This document shows positions 60,826 to 64,000 of a stretch of 64,000 nucleotides of DNA, one piece after another. The stretch is from positions 682,001-746,000 of the forward strand of contig NC_086108.1 in assembly GCF_963921235.1 (NCBI RefSeq), read 5' to 3'. The position numbers and the translations under genes are program-made. Under the pieces are notes generated by a model that did no database searches, was not told where the DNA came from, and worked only from the letters and a program-made list of their open reading frames with translations. Each line of letters begins with the position of its first letter. The first letter of the stretch is position 1. The DNA comes from Mobula hypostoma (Eukaryota).

Positions 60826-61195
60826 CTTGTGTTTAGGGCAGCAATGAATGTCCTCCATCTCTGGTGGTGTTCCTCTTGGTGTTCACTACTGTCAGTCACA
60901 CAAGCCCCAGGTGGAGACTCAGGAATACCATTGCATTTGGATGTAGAAGGATTCTTCATTGCAGTTTCCATAACAATTTTATTTTACCAGTCAGGGTTGT
61001 TAGCCCCGAGCTCAACCCCTGAACTTGGAGGACCAGTGGACCACTCTTAGACTGGCCTCTACCCTTTGACCTGTTTAGCATGGATGGCCTTCCCAAGAAC
61101 CAAAGCATAAAAGCCCAACTCTGGCCAACATAAGCTGTCTGGGTCGTTGAGGCATGCAAACCTCCAAACCCTATGACAAGGCTGTGGTTCTTTTG
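60826..61195 (-). mobile_element. Bipartite non-autonomous RTE derivative (RTE 5' UTR fused to RTE 3' end)
   Basis: Minus strand begins CACAGCCTTGTCATAGGGTTTGGAGGTTTGCATGCCTCAACGACCC and contains GTGGTCCACTGG, like Expander/BovB 5' ends; ends AGATGGAGGACATTCATTGCTGCCCTA. Confidence 0.75.
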
Positions 61196-62236
61196 GAGGC
61201 CTGTTACCATGCTTTCTCTATCTAGAAGTTTCAATTAGTGCCACGCTTTTGAAGATTTTGAAAATAAAGATTAACTTTATTTGTCACATATGCATTGAAA
61301 CATACAGAGAAATGCATCAAATCAAATCAGTGAGGATTGTGCTGGGCAGCCCTCTAGTGTCGCCACATTTCCGGTGCCACAACTCACTAACCCTAACCTG
61401 TGTGTCGTTGGAATGTGGGAGGAAACTGTGTCATTTAGAGGAAGCCTAAGTGGTCATGGAGAGAAAATACAAACTCTTTACAGACGGTAGCGGATATCGA
61501 AACCTGACCTTACAGCTGGCACGGTAAAGTGTTGTGCTAGCTGTGATGCTACTGTCCTCTGTATGCTTGATGGTCGGGGATCAAAGAGATTGTGGGATGG
61601 ATAGCATGGATTATTGACAATTCTCATTCACTGTCTATCTCTGATCTCAGCAGTGCTCACAATCCTTTGTAGAATATCGGATTGTTGTTGTTACTCCTTA
61701 TGGTAAAAATGTCTACTCTAAAAGTGGGTTGTTGGAATGTATACCAAGGTTGTTTTATAATGAAATAAAAAGCACTGTATTAGAGGATGAGCTTTCTCCT
61801 TCAGTTTGGTATGCTTGGCATAACTGTGGTGTAATCTTCGTCCTGTCAGGCTTTTGATTTTCAGTGTTACACTGGAAGTTTGTTTAAGATGCACCACATA
61901 AAAGGAATGCCATGTTACAGCTAAAATTAATAGAAATGAGCAGTGGCTGGAACTGGAAGACCTTCAAGAAGGGCAGCTGTTGAGAAGACAAAAATTTGGC
62001 CCTGGTGGCCAGGGGTTGGCGGAAAGAGAAAATTGGCAAGGACTCCTTGCCCTGTTGTTACTGAGTGGCAGCATTGTGTACGGTGCCTCTCGTTCAAATA
62101 GTCTGTATGTACTTGAGACAAGAACACTGGTAAAGTTCAAGTGAAGTTCAATTTATTGACATGCGGCCATATACGTATATACCACCAAATGAAACAGTGT
62201 TCCTTTGGGCCAAGGTGCACAACACAGTATGTATAA

Positions 62237-64000
62237 CATAGAAATATGGAAAACCTACAGCACAATACAGCCCCTTAGGCCCACAAAGTTGTGCCGAACA
62301 TGTCCCTACCTTAGAAATTACTGGGCTTACCTATAGCCCTCTATTTTACTAAGCTCCATGTACCTATCTAAATGTCTCTTAAAAGACCCTATCGTATCCA
62401 CCTCCACCACCGTCACCGGCAGCCCATTCCATGTACTCACCACTCTCTGAGTAAAAAACTTACCCCTGACATCTCCTCTGTACCTACTCCCCAGCACCTT
62501 AAACCTGTGTCCTCTTGTAGCAACCATTTCAGCCCTGGGAAAAAGCCTCTGACTATATCCACACGATCAATGCCTCTCATTATCTTATACACCTCTATCA
62601 GGTCACCTCTGTCGCTCCAAGGAGAAAAGACCGAGTTCACTCAATCTTTTTTCATAAGGCATGCTCCCCAATCCAGGCAACATCCCTGTAAATCTCCTCT
62701 GCACCCTTTCTATGGATTCCACATCCTTCCTGTAGTGAGGTGACCAGACTGAGCACAGTATTCCAAGTGGGGTCTGACCAGGGTCCTATATAGCTGCAAC
62801 ATTTCCTTTTGGCTCCTAAATTCAATTCCATGATTGATGAAGGCCAATGCACCGTATGCTTCCTTAACCACAGAGTCAACCTGCGCAGCTGCTTTGAGTG
62901 TCCTATGGATTCGGACCCCAAGATCCCTCTGATCCTCCACACTGCCAAGAGTCTTACCATCAATGCTATATTCTGCCATCATATTTGACTACCAAAATGA
63001 ACCACCTCACAATATCTGGGTTGAACTCCATCTGCCACTTCTCAGCCCAGTTTTGCACCCTACCAATGTCCCACTGTAACCTCTGACAGTCCTCCACACT
63101 ATCTACAACACCTCCATCCTTTGTGTCATCAGCAAATTTACTAACCCATCCCTCCACTTCCTCATCCAGGTCATTTATAAAAATCACAAAAAGAAGGGGT
63201 CCCAGAACAGATCCCTGTGGCACCCCACTGGTGACCAACCTCCATGCAGAATATGACCCATCTACAACCACTCTTTGCCTTCTGTGGGCAAGCCAGTTCT
63301 GGATCCACAAAGCAATGTCCCCTTGGATCCCATGCCTCCTTACTTTCTCAATAAGCCTTGCATGGGGTACCTTATCAAATGCCTTGCTGAAATCCATATA
63401 CACTACATCTACTGCTCTACCTTCATCAATGTGTTTAGTCACATCCTCAAAAAAGTCAATCAGGCTCGTAAGGCACAATCCACCCTTGACAAAGCCATGC
63501 TGACTGCTCCTAATCATATTATACCTCTCCAAATGTTCATAAATCCTGCCTGTCAGGATCTTCTCCATCAACTTACCAACCACTGAGGTAAGACTCACTG
63601 GTCTATAATTTCCTGGGCTATCTCTACTCCCTTTCTTAAATAAAAGAACAACATTCGCAACCTCTCCCGTCCCCATTGATGATGCAACGATCATCACCAG
63701 AGGCTCAGCAATCTCTTCCCTCGCCTCCCACAGTAGCCTGGGGTACATCTCATCTGGTCCCGGCAACTTATCCAACTTGATGCTTTCCAACAGCTCTAGC
63801 ACACCCTCTTTCTTAATATCTACATGCTCAAGCTTTTCAGTCTGCTGCAAGTCATCACTACAATCACCAAGATCCTTTTCCATAGTGAATACTGAAGTAA
63901 AGTATTCATTAAGTACCTCTGCTATTTCCTCCGGTTCCATACACACTTTCCCACTGTCACACTTGATAGGTCCTGTTCTTTCACATCTTATCCTCTTGCT
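62237..64000 (-). mobile_element. CR1 LINE running off the window end
   Basis: ORF 62966-63946 (326 aa RT: NYRPVSLTS, QHGF, DFSKAFDKV, KFADD) plus C-terminal pieces; tail at 62237-62260. Confidence 0.95.

Noticed and set aside
226..63586. Recurrent ORFs such as MYLSKSLLKDPIVS, MPSVGKPVLDPQS, MTWMRKWRDGLV as a gene family
   Set aside because: They are antisense or alternative frames of CR1 ORF2 and recur only because the CR1 recurs.
57765..64000. Next PPP1R37 exon (expected to start near GEKLDYK) and, upstream, the first exon
   Set aside because: Not found by eye in this window; probably outside it, though a diverged short exon could have been missed.

Overview
Vertebrate genomic DNA, most likely a cartilaginous fish (ray/shark), inferred from HE1-type V-SINEs, SacSINE1/Deu-SINE-like relics and dense CR1 LINEs. 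The window appears to be intronic sequence of one + strand gene, PPP1R37 (LRRC68). Two short coding exons are visible (35270-35367 and 57719-57764), separated by a 22.35-kb intron; the first exon and later exons were not found. Most of the rest is decayed, often nested transposons: many CR1 LINEs, Rex1/Babar, RTE, a 4.4-kb L1 with a 16-bp TSD, Penelope-like (GIY-YIG) elements, Tc1, Tigger/pogo, hAT MITEs and several SINE or non-autonomous families. The most notable signal is a 36-nt minimal hammerhead ribozyme motif (consensus AGUC-CUGAYGA-stem II-GAAA-CGUC-GACU). It occurs eight times in Penelope-like termini and short non-coding derivatives, several of them in fold-back arrangements. No intact transposon ORF, RNA gene or CRISPR array was found. 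Family names come from motif recognition, not database searches, and most repeat boundaries are approximate unless a TSD or TIR is quoted.
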